Source: Pelomyxa schiedti (lineage: Eukaryota; Protista; Evosea). From it: a DNA stretch of 64,000 bases. The notes beneath the pieces were generated by a model. That model saw only the letters and a list, made by a program, of their open reading frames with translations, searched no databases and had not been told where the DNA came from. Within the stretch, counting starts at the first letter, position 1. The number at the start of each line of letters is the position of its first letter. Shown here piece after piece: positions 47,801-62,423 of the stretch. Made by a program: the position numbers and the translations under genes. The stretch covers positions 1 to 64,000 of the forward strand of contig JAHLWZ010000291.1 of assembly GCA_020536535.1 (NCBI GenBank), given 5' to 3'.

Positions 47801-49753
47801 TGTAGTCCTGTTTCTTGCATTGGATCATTTGTGGTACAAGTGTATAGTTGAGGTGTTGGATAGCCACTAAAAGTTGAGGTGACACGGCTATGAAGGGAGG
47901 AATTGCTGGGCACATGAAATATTGCAAGGGCATCAGTTATTGCATTCAGTGTTGTCTGCTTGTCATCTGAAGAGGTTGAATCAAAATTCTCTATGCCATT
48001 AGTTCCAACCTCGGACATGAAAACAGAAAGTGTGTAGTTATAATCGTGCCCCTTCAAATGGGAGGCAATAAGTCCATTAATGACTTTTTGTTGCAAAGTT
48101 AATCCCTGCGAAATAAATAAGTCACTTGAGAGTATTTATTTCTTTTGATGGTACTTTGGGCTTATTGGATGACTGTAAATTGTTATTGAACATTCCAATA
48201 AGTTGCAGTCGTAAGTGGGCTCTCAGATTTCCTTCAATCCCACTTTGCTTGAATTGAGAAAACATGAGTTGCTTCAGTTGTTCTTCTGTTACACTCTCCC
48301 TGACTGGTCCTTTGGGATTGCCTGCAGATTTCGGAGCTACAGGTTTGGGACCATTTGTATCAGCAGGCCTCAGTTGATAGTTTGGCAGATGGGAATTGAC
48401 AAAACCATCACTTGTAGGGGCCTTCATTGCATCTTTCCTGCTACTTGGATTTGTTCTGTGAACAGAACCAGACAATAAATTTGAGGGGATCGATTGTTGT
48501 GGTCTTTGCTCTGATGATAGAGACGACGGCTGGTACTGTGCTCTGAAACTGAGGGTTTGTGGTTGAATTGCAGAACCCGGAGTATTGGATTGCGGAAGGG
48601 GTTTGTGAGCATCTCCTTGGTTCTGGATTGTGGTACGCCTTGGTTGAGGTGCTGGATCAGGGTTAGATTGTTGCCGCAAGGACTGTGACAGTACTTGAGG
48701 CTGAGCTGGAATTGGTTGGGATGTGGCTGGGAGAGAATTGTTTGCAAGAGCCTTGAGAGGCTGCTGATTTTGATTATTGGCCTGCAGTTGTGGTGTTGAT
48801 TTTGGTGTGGATTTCCTCTGTTGTTCAGTGCCTTTTGTTGGCCCCATTGGCAAAGAGGAGTTGGGATTTGCAACGCTTCTGGAAGCTTCGTTGTTGGGTG
48901 GGTTATTTACACTGCGCGACACGCTTCCAGAGTGGGAGTACTCGTAGGAATCTCCCTGGGATTTCGCCGGCGGCCGGGGGCTTCCGCTGCCCCTGTGGCT
49001 CACCTCCGTTTCTTCGTTGCATATGCACACGCCGCTCCCACTGGCGTCCATCAGCCCGCTGGCCGAATTCATCGAGTTGCACCAATTGCCCGAATTCACA
49101 CTGCCGCCAGTGCCGCCGCCGCCGTCAACGCCCCTGCAGTTGCAATTCGAAGCGTCGTCGTTGCCGTCATCATCATTCTCATACCCGCCATCGGAGATAG
49201 GATCGCCGCCGTCCACGTCGACGGCCACGGCCAAGCTGCTCGCTGGCTCCGCGGTCTGTTGTCCCACAATCCCGCCGCGGGCTGCTGCGTTCCCCCCGCC
49301 TAAGAGGCTGCTGCTGCCGCAGCTGCTACTCCCGGCGCTGCTTTTGCTTCCCAGTCCGCCGGCGTTTCCGCCTGTTTTCCTTGTGAACGTCGCCGTCGCC
49401 GACGGAGTTTGTTGCCTCGAAGCCGCGGGCGCCTTGCCCGATGATGGGACGGGCGTGGCCCCGCTGCCATAAGACGCGACGAAGGAGTTGGAGCCGGAAT
49501 TCGATTGTGGGGCGGGTCCTCCCCCGTCGCCCCTTCCGCCGCCGAGATTGAGATTCACGCTGTGCGTTGGGCTCGGAGCCGGCGTGCCCACGCGATTCTT
49601 GGCCTGCGCCCCGACAACGGCGGCGGAGGCGCGAGGAGGCGCCGGCCGCGCGGCCCCGCGATCGTCGTCGCCGTACGACAAGATGTCGTCGCCGCCTCCG
49701 CTCCAACAACAGCCGGACGAGCCCAGCGTTTCTCCTTCGGATAGCCCCGACAT
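44823..49753 (-). CDS. OFD1: OFD1-like centriolar/basal body protein (LisH + long coiled coil)
   Basis: EQLKQLMFSQFKQSGIEGNLRAHLRLQLI, INGLIASHLKGHDYNYTLSVFMSE (LisH), EFKRIESANIRAEE..ELERTYYEQRQQLL. Confidence 0.78.
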
Positions 49754-49835
49754 TTTGTTTTGAGTTTGGAAATTTCGTGGAACCGACAAGCAAGGGTTTT
49801 TTTTTAATTAATTTTTTAAAACAGACAACGAGGTG

Positions 49836-50872
49836 CTATGGAAACCAAGTTTTGAGGCTGTCCAGAACAAAGGAACAGGCGGAGGAACTGTTGGGACTTG
49901 GAAGGGCGGAAGATGACAGGAATTGGAGGAATCCTGGCGGAAGTTGGGACTTGTCCTGCATACAAACACCCTTCAACACTGCCCACTGGTATTCAGCTAT
50001 TGCTCCATGATTCAGTATAAGTTTCAGTAGCTCTTCCTGGGGGAAAAAAGTGAGTTCAAGAGTAGGTGAATGGGATTTGGTAACTGAACGGCAAAAGGTC
50101 CCAATCTTTTCAAATGATTCCGCACACAGGCACCTGGCATCCAGTAATGCGGCGGTTTTATGTGCATCCCCATTTCTCACAGCAAAGTGAAGCGGGTGAG
50201 TGGTGATAGGATACTCGTATCCCCCCTGCTGTTGTATAGGCCAGTGGGTCTCCCCTTCGTCTCGATTTTTCTGCATCCAGTAGTCAAAAATCTTTTTTCA
50301 TGTTAGATGTAGCCAAAGCTTCACATCCCCATATACTCTGGAGCCTTTAGTGCATGATACAACTCTGTGGAAGAGGTAACCATTGGGTCTAGCTACGCCC
50401 ATAGTCAGTGATGGTTTGTACACAGCTGGAACCATTTCAACAAACAATTCCAGCACGTCTGCTGCAACCACATTCTCAAGCCAAGCTTGTGCCATCAATA
50501 TGCCGTCCAGCTCTGCACCATACACTTCCAAGTCACAGTACACCTCAACAGCCATATCCCAGAAGTTACACACAACACTTTCAACAACGAAAGGTAGCGC
50601 CTTCTTCACCCCCACCAAGAACCCAGCCCTGAATATGGTTGTTGAGAAAGAAGATGCACAAGAATTAAGGATGACAAGTGAACATACGGTGCATCAGAAG
50701 GCATATCGTAGCCAGCAGACTCCACGAATTGCACCATCATGTGCACCAGCTTTGCGTGCACTGGAACTTCGCCGCGTGCAGTTGGCAACAGCACCCTCGC
50801 TAATTTATTCAGAGCACCCTTGCACTCGTCCTGCCGTTGGGCTTCACTGTCCGTTGCGTTTGTGGCACTCAT
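49836..50872 (-). CDS. Hypothetical protein with a C-terminal ankyrin-like repeat
   Basis: Three ORFs joinable by short introns; HPLHFAVRNGDAHKTAALLDA..LKLILNHGA. Confidence 0.55.
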
Positions 50873-51018
50873 TTTCTTTGGTGTTTACAGGGCGAGGCAA
50901 GGAAAGCGGTGCACGGAACGAACAATGCCACGAATCGCCGGAGCCCTGGCGAAACAACTCCAATCATTTTTCATATTCGTGGTAACAAGGCAGACCTGAG
51001 ATCATCACGTGAGAAGAC

Positions 51019-51898
51019 ATGGCGGACGATGGGGAGTGGTTCGACCCGGGGCTGTTCTTGAACGAGGACTACTCAACTTTGTTGGGTTGATGGCTGCGAT
51101 GTGTCGTGTTATTTACGTGACGTGCAGGTCTTTTGAGTTTGGGGGTGTGGCTGTCAATTTATTGGCTCTCAAATCCGCGAGTACCGACCACGACCTCACC
51201 GGGTTTGTTCCAGTACTTATGCTACATCACTTATTCTCTTTTCTTCCTCGCCGTTTCTAGTCAAGTCGTGTGGCCCAGTGCGCAGGTTTTGTCTCAGTTC
51301 ATTGTGGAAAATAGGGACCTTTTTCGAAATAAGGAAGTTCTCGAGCTAGGTGCAGGTGTTGGACTGTGTGGTCTTGTCGTAGCTAACTTTGCCTCAAGAG
51401 TGACTTTGACTGATTACCACGAAGTATTACGACACTTTTTCACCGCGTGCTTACATTTCTCCCAGGTGGTTCTGAAGGCACTCCAGAAAAACGTGGACCA
51501 CTCAGGTTTCCCGCATGTGTCATGTTGCAAACTTTTGTGGGGCGAGAATCTCCCAAGTTTTTCTGCCCTACATGGTACTTTTGATGCCATTATAGGCTCT
51601 GATATTGTTTTCTGGCATGACTGTAACCTTGCTTCCTAAATTCCTATACCTTACAAGGGATTTAGGCATTGAACCACTCTTTCTGACAGTTGACCATCTT
51701 CTAAAAACCTCAGAAGATGCGTTCTTTGTGACCAGCTATGCCTCACGTGCTTCCATTACCGACAGGGTTCACCTCTTCCAAGTTGCAGAGCGCCACAGAT
51801 TTGAATGGACCGTTCTCCCCCTACCTTCCCTGCCCAACTCCACATTCCAAGAGGAAATCTGCCTTGTTAAATTTCACCGCCGAATGACAAGCTCGTGA
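51019..51898 (+). CDS. Family 16 (METTL21-like) protein-lysine methyltransferase
   Basis: TDHDLTG|QVVWPSAQVLS, VLELGAGVGLCG, VTLTDY, LLWG, FDAIIGSDIVF. Confidence 0.9.
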
Positions 51899-52001
51899 CC
51901 ACCAGTGCATGTTTTGCCGTTTTACCGTCTTTTTTGATCAGAACTTCTCGTTTTTTTGATATTTTAAAAAAACAAGAACGAAAGCGGAAAAACAACCGGA
52001 A

Positions 52002-55000
52002 ATGCGTCCTACCCACACCTGCGCCGCATCTAAAAATTACGTTTTCATTGCGGTGCTCATCTCGGTTTTCTTTTTACTCGCTGTCACCGGAGTCACTGCC
52101 ACTGTGTCGACGGCGTACGCTATCACATCAACTGGCCTCCGATACCAATTGCGGACTGCAAACCTAAATACAAGTTCACACACAGTGTGCAACGCGGTGG
52201 ATGTGGACTTTGGCACCTGTGCGATAAAAGCAGCTGGGGACGTTGCAATGTTTGCAACGAAGATCGCACCGAACCCCGATACCTTCCAGAACAGTTACGG
52301 TCTGGCAATGCTCAACTGTAGTGGTAGTGGTGGCTTTTCTATGTTGAATGTATATACGATAGAACCTAGTAGTCTTACTATCCCCTCTCTGGCATGGCAC
52401 TGGGTAGACAACAAGTTTTACTTTTGGGCTATTGATACAATGTATTACGTCGATTCTAACTGGGAGCTTGTGTACATCTATGACTTTTACGCTGTCGATG
52501 GGTTCAGTGTCTTTATTGCAGCTTCCACTAATCCAGGGGAATTGTTTGCCTTGCGTGCTGACTCACGGGAGCTCCATCGAGTGAATAAGACTAAAGATGA
52601 AACGATAAAGACCTACTCCTCGAGTGACTTTACGACAATTAAAGGACTCTCAGCAGACATTAACAACCCAACTTTATTGTAAGTTAATGGGAAGTAAAAT
52701 TACTATATTATTTTCCTCACTTCCATGACAGATTTTTAGTTGCTGATGGAAAATTGTCAAGCATTCAAACCTCAACTGGAGCTCTGAGTTTTATAGGTAC
52801 TGTTACTGATGGCTCCACTTTCACGTGTCTGTCAATTCCTTCAGAGACTGCCTCTATGTCATTATCATCATCCTCCTCTTCAGTGTCAGAGTCATTATCA
52901 TATTCCTCTTCTTCAGTGTCGGAGTCATTATCATCTTCTTCCTCTTCGATTTCGGAGTCATTATCATCTTCCTCCTCTTCAATGTCAGAGTCATTATCCT
53001 CTTCGATATCAAAATCATCATCCTCAGCATCAGCATCCTCATCCAAATCCTCTTCTTCAGATTCATCATTATCGATTAGCAGTTCATCATCACAATCCAC
53101 CTCTTTCTCATTATCATCTTCACATAGTGTGTCATCTTCATCCACATCGTCATCCCATTCAATATCCCTGTCACTATCTTCTTCTTCCTGGGGCTCTTAT
53201 GAAAGTACAAAAAACCTTCTGTACTTTAGGACTTACTAACTGGTACCCAAAGTTGCTCAGCATGAGGCATTATGTGAAATATATAAACACAATAAACCCA
53301 GATCCTGGAATTCACATCATAATCCCTGCGATCATGCACTCTGCCCATTGAGTGGTGTCAAATGTGATGGTAATGGTGATGTCATTTCACTGTGGGTCTT
53401 TTTTTCTTCCCAGCTTGAAGCAAATAAAAACCTTATTGAAGGGACCTGTCGTATACTGATATGTCTGGGTATCTTCCCTCAGAGATTTTTGAGTTGACAA
53501 CTCTACAACATTTGTAATATCTAGGTTGATTCCCACACCTAACATTTTAAAGAAACCTGGCTGGGAACTACTTACTGAATTCATCCTTCTCAGAATTTTC
53601 CTCAAATTGGACTGTGAAGTGGTTGTTCCTTAATGTGCTAATATTCGCTCTGACAAACATCAAGTGGATATAATTGCTTAAGGAATATGAACTGTACTCC
53701 TAACCTGTTGGACTGCCCCTTGGTTGAGGAGTGCTATAATGCCAGTGAGTGTTACACACCACTAGGTTGCAGAACGCCTAATGTTTCACATCCATGCTAT
53801 GTGTGTCCCCTGAACCAGCTTCACTACTCACACCCCATTGGTATCAGCAATGCAACTTTAAAGAGAGGCCAATTGGTGTTGCACTTATTCCCAATGGAGC
53901 AGAATGTAATGCGAGCAATGTCCCATGTTCAAAGAGTACTTGTGATGGAAATGGAAATTGTGTTTCCAATTATTTGAAATGTGCAGGTTGAAAAATGGAA
54001 TTTAAAACCTTCATTTGGGTTAATTAAAATAGACCCAATCATTTTGTATGCAACACCTGCAAGCACAGATGGAGACCCAGGTACATCAATCTATGGTGTC
54101 AACCTAGGATTCACTGGAAAGGAACCAAACATAACAATTAACGACGTTCTGTGTGACCAAGAGTCGGTAATGCAGAATAGTACACAGGTTTATTGTCAAC
54201 CAACTGCTGGTTCTGGTGTGAATATCTCTATTGAGATAACAAACACAAACGGATTATCTACAAACGCTTCAGTATTCTCATACCAAGGCATTTTCCCAAC
54301 TCACTTTTGTTGTGGCTAAGAATCCCTGAGGCCCAACCATCACAAGTGTGACAAAATGTGCTACTTCAGGGGGATTTATTCTGATTGAAGGGTCAAATTT
54401 CGGATTGATCACTGGGCCTGCACATGTTTTTTGTTGTATTGATGACGTGAAACCTTGCCACCCAGCAGATGTCATTGTTGATCACACCAAAATAAAGTAC
54501 TTTTTTTTTTTCAAATATCATTTCTCTCACTGTAGTACAGCTGTACACTTCCCTCAGGGACTGGTAACAATCATACCCTCTACCTTACTGTTAGTAGCCA
54601 GAGCACATTTTATCTGAATTACTCATATGCAGGTGATGGCCTGTTGAAATCTTTTTATTCTAGCACTAAATTCTTCTTTAGACCCACAAATTGACTTGGT
54701 AGTTGAAAGTAAACCCAGCACATCATGTGATGGTTCCTCCCAAATTCGTATTAAAGGAGAAAATTTTGGGACTGATTATCGTGTGATTGAAGTATTGGTT
54801 GGTAGCAAACAGTGTGAAAATATCTCTGTGACACAAACTTCAATCAACTGCACTGTAAAAGCTGGAGTGGGTGCTAACCTTAAGGTCACAGTGAAAGTGG
54901 ATTCCTTGCAGGCAAGCATTCCACACTCATCCCCCCACCAGCCTGCCACACCCCCACTCTGACACCTTTTAGGGCGAATACCCTTTTTTCTCCTTCAGCA

Positions 55001-58000
55001 GTAAGTCCCACCTTCACATTTTTAGATGAACACTCATAATTTTTTCCCTCCCTAGATCCGGTTATAACATCTGTTTCAGAAGCCAATACAGACGGGCTTG
55101 AAGCAACTGTGATACAAGGTGTTCACTTTGGAGCCCCCAAAGATGCTCAAAGAATCACTGTCAAAATTGATGACGAGTACTGCAACAATGTACAGCTGAC
55201 TGATACATGTGACATTACATGTTATCCCCCTCCAGGATGTGGAGGCAACCACACATTACTATTGGAGATTGAAAATACACAAGCAAACAGCTCATTCACT
55301 TATAGACGTATGACTGAACATTAGAATAAAGATCGCAATAATGCTTACTCCTGCAGGCCCTTCCATCTCATATTCAACTGTGGTTGGTACAAATGGATCT
55401 GAGGTTACAAACATATATGGAACTGGTTTTGGAGTTGCTGGAACCCCTGTGCTGGTAACCATTTCTGAAAAGACCTGTGAAAACACGTCAGTACTGTCAG
55501 ACACATGGATCCAATGTACACCCCAACCTGGGGTTGGGGCTGACCTTGCTTTGAATGTGACTGTACCTACAAACTGCCCTGCTCCATGTGTATGCCAGAT
55601 TGGCACTGGTACCTTCTCGTATAGAGGTACTTCCCCCCAATCACACAATGCAACCACTGTCATCTTTGCTTCCCCTTAACCATCCACAGCTCCGACTATC
55701 ATCAACGCACAACTCTTCGTTGATGAGACTACCCAAAACCTCTCTATGGAGCTGATTGGATATGATTTTGGCTTTTCTGAACAAGATGCACTTGTTCAAG
55801 TCAACTCCCAACCATGCACAGACCTGCATGTTTTCAACAACACCCGCATCACTTGTGTTCCATGGGTATTATCTGGTGGCACTGAAGATGTGATCAAGCT
55901 TACGGTTCCCCCAAAATCCAGGAACATTGTTATTGCTTCACTGTCCAGTTTCGGTGTGGTGTTAGCCTCTCCTGTTGATTTCATACTTAATACTCCTTTT
56001 TCAAGCTCCTATTGTGTCTTATATCTCTCCCATTGAAACGGAGGGTGGTCAAGCCACAATAATTGTATCTAGCCCAATTGCTCTTTGTCACATACAAATT
56101 AAATTTTGTTCGCACCTTCACTTACGCAAAGGGATCAAACTTTGGAGATGGAACCTCATGCACACCTGTTTTTTACAGTATCAATGGAGGAGAACAAGAC
56201 ATGGCCACATGGATTTCCCCATCATCAATTGAAATTACCTTTCCCAGAGGCAATGGGTCCAACCATAGACTAGACATCTGGGTTCTGGGCCTCCCCCCGA
56301 CCAACGTTTCATTCAGCTATTCAGGTAGACCTTCCTTTTCTATCAATCCTCCGTCTTTGTTCCTTATTGCTGCCGTAAAGCTCCCGACATTAATGATGTT
56401 TCACCATCTGACACATCTGGATCTGTCATTACGATCTCTGGTCAAAGCTTTGGGGATTCCACTGCTGAGATGTCTATTCACATTGGAAACATAAGCTGCA
56501 CTAATGTTGTGATCACTGAAAATGATCACCAAATAAACTGCACCGTTCCGGCAGGCACTGGGAAATTAAAATGTGTCACGATCTGCATTCCCGATCCAAT
56601 ATTTTCATCGACGCATGCTCTGTGCTCAGGGAATAATAGTGCCTTCTCCTATAAAGGTAAGAGGGTCCTTGACTGTTTTTTCTTCATTCTGTGACTCAAG
56701 TTTTTGACTAACAACCATTCTGTACACAGCTCCTGTGATTGAAACTATTTCTGAGCTACCTCCAACAATTGGCAGTACTCTTTGTATTCACGGCGCCAAC
56801 TTTGGGTCTCTGGTATGAGTTATTAATGTGTTTCCAATTGATTTTGTGTTTATTGATGGCTTTGCAGAACCCACATGACGACAAATTGAGACTGGTTATA
56901 AACAACTGGCCTTTCGTTCCTCTGAACTGCACACATACAGATATGTGCTTTTCCATGCCAAATGGGACCGGCTACAACAATCTGTCCTTAAGTATTGATG
57001 GCCAGTCGACGACTTACAATTTCACTTACCAGAGTACATACTTCTCTTCTTTGTTTTGTTATATCTCAAGGATAAATAGGGCCCATTGTTTCTACCTACA
57101 CAAGTGTTTCCACTGCTGGTAACCTCACAAATATAACTGGTTTCTTTCCTTCTTTTTCCCTCCCGCTCCCTTATCCTCTTTCATTAGGGCTAAACTTTGG
57201 CCAAAATGCCAGCTTTATCACTGTCTATATTGCAGAACGGTCATGTGATAATGTGTTGATGGTCAGAGCGGAAACTGTTATTTCCTGCCGTGTGCCACCT
57301 GGAAATGAAAGTAATGTTCCACTGAAAGTGTGTGTGAACTCCGTTTGCAATGATCCAGAAGCTGTATTCAACTATCAAGACCTGGCTCCTCTTAGCTGCG
57401 ACCTGACTGTACGTGAGGAATATACAGACAGAGCAGAAATCAGGCTCGGGTGCACTAGGGATATGTGGGGAATCAGTGTTGATTCCTTTCATACCTCCAA
57501 CTGCAAAATTGAGCCATTTGAATATGTACCTATGGCACCGTATTCTTTTCGAATCAAGGAGTTTTTCTTCAATATCACACGAAACTCACCTCGCGGCGTT
57601 TCACATGTACAACTAAACCCTGAGTCTTTGTTTGATTACAATAATCATACCAACCCTGATGCCTCAAATAGACGGAAAGTTGATTTTGGTAACCGTTTCC
57701 TCATCATTCAATCCCTGTTCCTTATTTCATACCCACAGGTTTGTCCCAGCCAGCAAAAGGAATAACAATTGCCTTATGCCTTGCAGCGTTACTTGCTGCA
57801 GTAGGTGCATGCATTGCCTTTCTAGTCCGTCGAAGGTAGGAAACTGAAATTCTGTATTTCATGCTCTGTTACCCAATATCACAGGCCAAAGGCGATGGCT
57901 TTGAGCTCCCTCCGAATGGGTGATGAAGATGAGGAATCTTCAATAAGCGCTGATACCTTCAACTCCCAGAATTCGAAGTATATTCCTCCAGAGGCTTTTC

Positions 58001-60351
58001 TTCTCAAGGTTGGCTTCCCTCTCTTCATTTGGAGGTTGCTAAGGCTGGTACCCAGGTTGATCCACCTACCCTGAACTTCGGCCTGTCATCTAACAAGATG
58101 GATGTGGATGTTGAATACGAGCAACAGATAACAGTGATGAACACAGGGGAGGAATCAAAGCAGTTTAAACTTTTTGCACCTCCTTCATACAAATACCGTC
58201 TCGTATTCAATCCCCAATCCTCTGCAATCAAAATTGTATGTAGATAGAATTTCATGCTCGAGGGCACTTAATATTGTGCCAAAGGGAAGCAAAACCACAG
58301 TTATGGCAAGAATTGTTGTGCCACTCACAACTACCATCGATACAAATATCACTCTTGCAGTAATAAAAGGTGGGTGTTATTATCATGTTTGTTACATACA
58401 AGTCCTCTTTCCGAAGCTAAACTATGGAAAAGGAACAACTGGAGCGGACTTTGCCACTGATGAAACAGAGCACACAACTTTCCCAATAAAAGTGGAATCC
58501 AAGGTTTTTCTTCATCTTTCGTATTTCCTGCGTGTTACTACTCTTTTTAACAGGTGTCTACGAAAATTGATCCTGAAGATATTGTGCTGCATCACCAGCT
58601 CGGTGACTTTACAACATAAAAAAAAATTAAGGCGGGGGGAGGATGTGAATAACTGCTTTAACATTACTTCTCCCTCTTTCACAGGGGAAGGTAAGATTAT
58701 CATTTGCGTTTGGAAAACGAAATCCATGAATAAACAGCAAGGTAATAACTGATGATAGGTTCATTTGGAATTGTTTATCAAGGTGAATGGCAAGGCCAAA
58801 AAGTTGCTGTAAAGGTGCATGTTCTCTCTAGTTTTTTTTTTCCCTTTCCACACCCAACCTTTCCACTGACGGGAAAACATCTGACGGAAGATTTAAATAG
58901 GTGTTGAAGAACCAACGTTCTGTGGGTGTTGGAACAGAAAAACAAGCTGAATTTGCAAAAGAGGTGAATTAATATGGGAGGAAATGTACACTCTGCAACA
59001 TCTCATTTCTTTTTTTTTTCAAGGTTAAGCTCATGGAGACATTACATTGTCCACAGGTCACCAATCACCATACTATTCAACACAGTACATGCCCACCACA
59101 CGAATACACCGTGTTGTAATATAATACATGCTTACTATGGTATGGTTGAACAGATTGTTACATTCATTGGTGCTGTGCACGTAAAAAACAAGCTTTCCAT
59201 AATCACGGTTTTTCCTTTACCTTTTTGTTTCTACTCTTGTTAATTTAAGTCCTATCTATATATCACCCCACTTGGCAACCCTATTAATACAATGAAGGAA
59301 TTCATGGAATTTGGCAGCCTGAACAGTGTGATGAAAAAGCACAACCTCGACTTGGCATTAAAGTGGAAAATCGCCAGTGATACTGCGAAGGGTATCACCT
59401 TCTTACACAAGGTACCGTTTATATTCCTGCCTGTGACTACTTAAATGCCAAACATAACGCACAAACCAAAAGAAACAAAAAACTAATTAAACCCAAAAGA
59501 ATAGGATCATTCATAGGTAAAATAGTACATTCCAAATGAGCACGATTTCATATGAAGAAACTCAGGGATTTGAAATTGGACAATGTGCTGATTGCATCCC
59601 TGGATCCAACCAGTGCCACTTGCGCAAAGATATCCGACTTCGGAACAACAAGAGAAATCACCAAAGTTGTAGAACAGGAGTCCCTAAAGTTGACAAGCGC
59701 AGTGGGGTGTGTTTATTTGCGAATATGTTTGATTAAATCACTTCATTTATTGTAGAACGCCCACTTATATGAGCCCTGAGGTTCTTGAAAACGGGGCATA
59801 TGGTTTTCCTGCAGATATTTTCAGGTACAACAAATCTTCGGTTTTCACGACCTCACCTCATCTTCCAACTCTACAGTTTTGGTGTTACATTATATTCGAT
59901 ATTCTCTGGGGAAGGTACTTTCACTTATACACTTTCCTTGTGACTTGTGATAACCTATTTTACTATTAAAAAGAACCATACAGCGGCTCTGAAGAATTCA
60001 AGTCTGTCTGGAGTAAGATCCACTTTCTTTAAGAGGACAGATCTACTATAGAATTATCATGAACTCATTTTTTGCACTAACTACAACCAATTTTCCAGAG
60101 GTCAGTGAGTTCATCATGTCCGGCAAAGTACATCTAAAAACCAAAAAAAAACTTTTTACTAACTCCAAACCACAGAGGTTACCAATTCCACCTGATACAC
60201 CAGCAACAATAGCCAGCCTAATCACACGTTGTTGGGCTCAGGAGGCCAAAGATAGACCAGGTTTCCCTCCCAGTCCTTTTGGATTAACACCAAAAATTTC
60301 TCAGATATCGAGACCGTGGACTGTGAACTCTCGGCTGGTCCCAAGGAGTAA
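52002..60351 (+). CDS. Transmembrane receptor kinase (TKL): signal peptide, Ser-rich stalk, LRR, Cys-rich and many IPT/TIG repeats, TM, Ig/MSP-like juxtamembrane module, kinase
   Basis: Signal VFIAVLISVFFLLAV; repeated I-G-NFG...C...I-C-VP-G-G TIG units; TM near 57765-57825; GSFGIVYQGEW..VAVK, HRDLKLDNVL, KISDFG, GTPTYMSPE, ITRCWAQEAKDRP. Confidence 0.9.
52855..53010 (+). repeat. 33-bp tandem repeat (about 4-5 units) encoding SLSSSSSSVSE
   Basis: tcattatcatcNtcctcttcNNtNtcNgag units. Confidence 0.85.
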
Positions 60352-60432
60352 CCGCCATCACCCGTGGGCAGATATGCTGTCTGGTCATTGTTTTTTTAGG
60401 CTAACAACGAAAAAAATTTGAGAGAATAAAGA

Positions 60433-62423
60433 ATGTCCACTGACGCCCCTTCGCTCAATGCCACGACTGGTTTGTTCGGCGTGTGTTTTAACGTTCTTGT
60501 TTGGGTTTATGGTTATTCCAGAGCTTGATGAGAACCAGTCGACTTATGACGCGTACGGGGACTACGGCTACGATGGCGTAGAGGGTTTGTCGACAACAGA
60601 CAATGCGGCCTACACATCCCATAATGACGCCGACGCATACAACCCCAAGCCAACCCCGGAGCCGGCAGTAGGCGAACAAGCACCACCCCACAGCCACAAC
60701 GAAGAGGAGGCACCCGTAATTGTGGGATGCACAGAAACACCAACTCCCCACAACGAAACCCAACCCACAACTTCGATTCCAGCACCTCTAAGTCTTCCGG
60801 AAAAAGAAGAGGCAGACCACTCCCCCGATGTACAAACGACTGCAGACTCTACACCGGCACCAGAGAATCCAAAGGATACCGTGGATGATGGGTCAATCAA
60901 AGCCGAGGAATCAGTCGTCGTGGTTGCACCTCAATCTCATGCTGAGAATGTTGAGCAACCAGAAGCTGCGCCTTTGAATCAGCAGCACTCCGAGCCTGGT
61001 GAGAATCCAAATGAAACAGCCCCTACTGGAGATAATGTTGTCACATTCACACCCAAGGATTCCGAGCATGAGCAAGAGGGTGATTCTCACCCGATAGTTC
61101 CTGAGGAAGAACAACAGCAAAATCAACAGATTAACATGGGGGAGGGTGATCATGTATCTGAATCCTATGATCTGGGAACGCCGGCCCCACCGCCGGTTGA
61201 CGACGAGTTCATTGATGCAACAGAGATGGCAATATTGAACGCTGAAAAGCTGCACGCACAGAGGAGGCTGCAGCAGTACCCTGATTATGCAGTGCAACCT
61301 GGTGTTTATGGCATGAAGCTGCCTGCTGTTGACCTGAGTCCTGCTGACATGGGTCTAAGTGATTACATTGCAAATGACTACGGACAAGTACTCAAGCTTG
61401 CTGATATTGCTACAAGCCATGGTATTTAACCCTTACCATTCCACTCTCTCATGTTTATCTTTTTTTCTTTTACCAAGAAATGCCTTATGATGTCCATGTA
61501 AGATGCTCTAGATTGCTTGCTACTTTGTGTGCACTTCTTCCAGACATATGCACAATCCTGTTGCAGAGGGATGCACTTGTGAGATGGGTATGAATAGACC
61601 AACCCTCAACGCAATAATAACCGTAACAAATGATCAGATTTACGAGGATATCATTGAGGTGTGGCAACCAACTTTCCGAAATGTCCCTTCTCTAAACAAC
61701 TCACCCGTTTTTTTTTTCTTATTTTTTTCCCCCATTCAGCAAATGGATGAAATAGTTGAACCTGTTCTCAACGTACTCATGCAAATCTGCTTATCTGGGC
61801 CCCTTCCGGAAGACAAAAGAGCCTTACTAGGCAGAAACTTGGTCCTGCACCTGATCAACATGGCAATGGCCACACGGCCCCCTTCCGGCGGCGACTTATC
61901 AGACCAGTGCAGACGAGCAATATTCGCAGTCATGGCGGTGAACTCTCAGTTCAGCTCGCCGATGATCCGCGAGAACCGCGTTATCCACGCAATGGTAACC
62001 CATGCGAAACCCCCGGGTTGTGCGGAATCCTCAGGTGCATTTGCACAGCTTCTGATTGCCTATGTCAACAGATACGGGTCACAGTTCGACTTTGTGACTA
62101 CGCAGCTTTTCAAGAAGCTGGTCTGCGACGTGTACCAGAACGAGGCCCTGGCTCCCATAATATTCTTTGTGACGGACACCAGCGTCCTGGTTGAGGTGAC
62201 CACGCGGCACGCCCAGGACACGACCAACGACGCGGCTCGCGCTCTTTGGCTGGAGCTTGTGGAAGGGGCCCTGAGAGACAACCTCAACCACGAGTTTATG
62301 GGACCACAGATTGTGCTCGTGAGGAAAACAGCGCACCTTCTCTCAGCCTCCTCAGAGAGCCAAACCACAAGAGATCTGGCGTCGCGACTAGCCCAATGTG
62401 CTGATGCTGCCATCATAGACTGA
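60433..62423 (+). CDS. Hypothetical protein with an acidic disordered N-terminus and a helical (ARM-like) C-terminus
   Basis: ATG at 60433, then long ORFs 60458-61429 and 61527-62423 joined by short introns. Confidence 0.6.

Noticed and set aside
51036-51050. GGTTCGACCC B-box-like sequence
   Set aside because: It lies in the methyltransferase coding exon (WFDP) with no A box or cloverleaf.
52855-53010. 33-bp repeats as a possible CRISPR array
   Set aside because: The units are contiguous with no unique spacers, lie in frame inside a eukaryotic exon, and no cas genes are present.
52765-53145. Highly acidic D/E ORF on the minus strand
   Set aside because: Reverse complement of the Ser-rich tandem repeat in the receptor kinase.
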